Of a stretch of 64,000 bases of DNA, positions 61,141 to 64,000 are shown one piece after another. The position numbers and the translations under genes were made by a program. The notes under the pieces were generated by a model that searched no databases, was not told the origin of the DNA, and saw nothing but the letters and a program-made list of their open reading frames with translations. Every line of letters begins with the position of its first letter. Position 1 is the stretch's first letter. The DNA comes from Octopus sinensis (taxonomy: Eukaryota): the NCBI RefSeq assembly GCF_006345805.1, contig NC_043002.1:109988001-110052000 (forward strand), written 5' to 3'.

Positions 61141-61144
<4 letters not shown>

Positions 61145-61611
61145 AAATCAAATCAAAATCAAAATCAAACCAAATCAAATCAGATATCAGAAAGCAGAAC
61201 CAAAATCGAAGTCGATCAACATCAATGGAAATTACAGCTGTGGTTAAGCGGACCATCCGATCGTAGCCATTGCCAGCGCCACCCCGACTGGCCTCTGTGC
61301 CGGTAGCATGTAAAAGCACCCTCCGTTCGTGTCCGTTGCCAGCCTCACCTTGCCCCGTGCCGGTGGCACATAAAAGCACCATCCATTCGTGGCCGTTTGC
61401 CAGCTCTGTCTGGCACCTGTGCAGGTGGCATGTAAAAAGCACCCACTACACTCATGGAGTGGTTGGCGTTAGGAAGGGCATCCAGCTGTAGAAACACTGC
61501 CAGATCAGACTGGGCCTGATGCAGCCTTCTGGCTTCACAGACCCCAGTTGAACCGTCCAACCTATGCTAGCATGGAAAGCGGACGCTAAATGATGATGAT
61601 GATGATGATGA
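61141..61611 (+). mobile_element. RTE family 1 3' UTR fragment
   Basis: AAATC-repeat start, shared UTR, (GAT)n tail. Confidence 0.85.
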
Positions 61612-62652
61612 TATATTAAGCTCTATGGGATACCAGACAAAATTATTTCTGCCATCAAGGTCCTCTACACAGATACGTCTTCAACCATCTTAACCCCTGA
61701 TGGAGAAACATCATCTTTCTCAATCAAAGCCAGAATACTGCAGGGAGACACACTCGCCCCATTTCTTTTCATCATTGTTGTTGATTATGTGCTACGTATG
61801 TCAGTTGATACCATCTCTGGCAAGGGCTTTGAAATAAAACCAAGAAGAAGTTCCAGACACCCAGCTGAGTACTTGACAGACACTGACTTTGCTGACGACA
61901 TCGCTCTTATCAGTGATTCTCTCTCCAATGCCCAGTCTCTTTTGCAATCTCTTGAACAAGCCTCAAATTGTGTAGGTCTTTACCTCAATGAGGCCAAAAC
62001 TGAATACATAAACAAGTGCCTGTCCAACAGAGATTGCATCATCCACACTCTCAACAGTGCGCCTTTAAATATGGTTTCTGATTATAAATATCTTGGGTCA
62101 TACATATCATCATCTGGAAAAGACTTTCTAACTAGAAAGGGTATGGCCTGGTCAGCCTGTAATGACATGCATAAGATCTGGTCATCAAATCTAAGTAGAG
62201 ACTTCAAACTTGAAATATTCAAAGCCACAGTCGAACCAATTCTACTATATGGCTCAGAAACCTGGACGTTATCAAAGAAGCTTGAGAGGCGGTTGGATGG
62301 AACCTACACTTGCCTCCTTATGAGAGCTCGAAATCTCTCGTGGAAGCACCATCCAACCAAAATGCAAATATATGGGAAATTACCACCTGTGTCATCTCTT
62401 GTGAAAGGTAGGAGAGTCCAGTTTGCTGGACATTGTTGCAGAGCTGAAAAAGAAGTAATTTCTACTCTTCTCCTCTGGAAGCCATCTACTCGCAATACCA
62501 GAGGGTGCACACTCTCCTACCCTGATGTAATCTCCAGGGATACAGGCATCCAGCAACAGGACCTCCGTAATGCTATGATGGACTGTGAAGTCTGGCGTAA
62601 CATAGTAAATTCCATTGTCTCGACCACGGTCGAACAATAATAATAATAATAA
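61612..62652 (+). mobile_element. RTE family 2, 5'-truncated, reading frame open (RT C-terminal half)
   Basis: Open from about 61615: YGIPDKII...LQGDTLAPFLF...DFADDIAL...YKYLGS...LLYGSETW...STTVEQ*, followed by (TAA)n. Confidence 0.92.
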
Positions 62653-62665
62653 TTGTTGTGTTTTG

Positions 62666-63014
62666 GGATGGTCATTTTATTTATCACTATTTTTTTTTTT
62701 GCCAAATAAACACACACTATATATTTTTTCTTTTTCTTCACTTGTTTATTACTGCTATTTTATTATTTTGATACCTGTCCATTGTCTGGAAATCTTTCAT
62801 CACACATCTGTGACCTCTTCAGTGACACTTTTTGTTTCCATATGTGTTCTTGCTCCACTTACTCCATTCTGTTCTTCTAAGATGTGTATCCTTATGTGGA
62901 CAATGGACAGATGTTAAAATAATAAAATGACGGTAATAAACGAGTGAAAAAAAAATATACAGTGTGTGTGTGTTTATTTGGCAATAAATAAATAAATAAA
63001 TAAAATGACCATCC
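62666..63014. repeat. Long inverted repeat (arms 62666-62786 and 62899-63014), MITE/foldback-like
   Basis: GGATGGTCATTTTATTTAT...CTGTCCATTGTC aligns with the reverse complement of GACAATGGACAG...ATAAAATGACCATCC. Confidence 0.85.
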
Positions 63015-63299
63015 TGAAATACAAGAATATCTGTTTCAACATACTCTTTCACATCAAGAATCTTGCAAAATGAATTGAGAAACGTATACAGTGGGGGGAA
63101 ATAAACATTGGTACATGTCAAAATTCTTTATTTATTTAATTTCTAATGAACATAAATGGGATATACCAATACTATATTTGTATACACATGCATAAACTAA
63201 GAATATGCAAAAGAAACTAATAAATTATAGTAACTAATGAATTTATATACAATTATAAATATTTAGGGGTGAAGGTGTCTGTTGTGGTGAAGTGAATGT

Positions 63300-63890
63300 G
63301 GGAGGGCATGAGGCTCTGAGGTGTGAGTGTTGGAAAACGCCTTCTTAAGTCTATTCACTGAAACAGTCTCTTTCCTACTATTAATGTCAATAGTGAAAAG
63401 CTTGTCAGTGTGTTGAAGAACCTGACAAGGTCCTGTGTATGGTGGTATGAGGCGGCGAGCTGGCAGAAACGTTAGCATGCCAGGCGAAATGCCTAGCCGT
63501 ATTTCGTCTGCCGTTACGTTCTGCGTTCCACCGAGGTCGACTTTGCCTTTCATCCTTTCGGGGTCGATTAAATAAGTACCAGTTATGCACTGGGGTCGAT
63601 ATAATCGACTTAATCCATTTGTCTGTCCTTCTTTGTCCCCTCTGTGGGTAGTAAAGAAATAGGTATGAGAGGGCCTCTCACAGAGTCATTGCGTAAGAAT
63701 ACATGAATCCAAGAAGCAATGTCCTTTGGGACAGCAAATTTTATGATTTCTAACCAAATGTTCATTGGTGGTAGATCAGAGAAGTGTGACTGCAATCGGT
63801 CAACATAGACGGAAAACTCTTGGATAGACATATCTGTTGGTGCCAACATCTGGCCAGGCAATAATAAGGGTACTCCATACAGCAAGAGAA
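63300..63890 (-). mobile_element. Gypsy LTR-retrotransposon integrase C-terminal fragment, split by a SINE
   Basis: LYGVPLLLPG...VPKDIASWIHVFLRNDSVRGPL | IPPYTGPCQV...FTIDIN...VSVNRLKKA (GPY/F module); the two halves join once the SINE is removed. Confidence 0.85.
63451..63661 (+). mobile_element. SINE family C inserted in the Gypsy fragment
   Basis: TSD GGTATGAG at 63444-63451 and 63662-63669. Confidence 0.9.
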
Positions 63891-64000
63891 GATGGAGAAG
63901 AGTATGGACTTCATGGCTTTGAATCTTTCAGGGAAATCTGATGGTTGTCAACAGATACTCAGAAAGCAAAACATGCAACTAATTGATAATTGAGGAAGAA

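Overview
AT-rich, repeat-dense eukaryotic (animal) genomic DNA. The SINE families, microsatellite density and LINE content look like a coleoid cephalopod (Octopus-like) genome; this is inference and was not checked against a database. There is no prokaryotic operon, CRISPR array or rRNA. Most track ORFs come from repeats. The only host-gene signal I can support is a set of calcium-binding EGF (EGF_CA) exons on the minus strand with canonical AG/GT splice sites, phase 1-1: two intact (18605-18724, 12813-12932), one with Cys1->Tyr (10694-10813), one 1 nt short (39119-39237) and one half exon (9822-9887). This points to a multi-EGF gene that is locally duplicated and partly decayed. Bases 1-4220 are a 36-bp coding minisatellite (MWEEKGKGIEAN)n with a 1008-bp higher-order duplication, running in frame into a Tx1/L1-like ORF1. 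The rest is transposon debris: four tRNA-type SINE families (many with clear TSDs), RTE, R4/Dong-like, Tx1/L1-like, CR1, Penelope, Gypsy, Tc1/mariner, non-autonomous Helitrons and TTAA-flanked MITEs. Best leads: the repeat-expanded LINE ORF1, the EGF exon array, a SINE-RTE pair with a shared 3' tail, RLE LINEs next to (TAA)n tracts, and several foldback structures.
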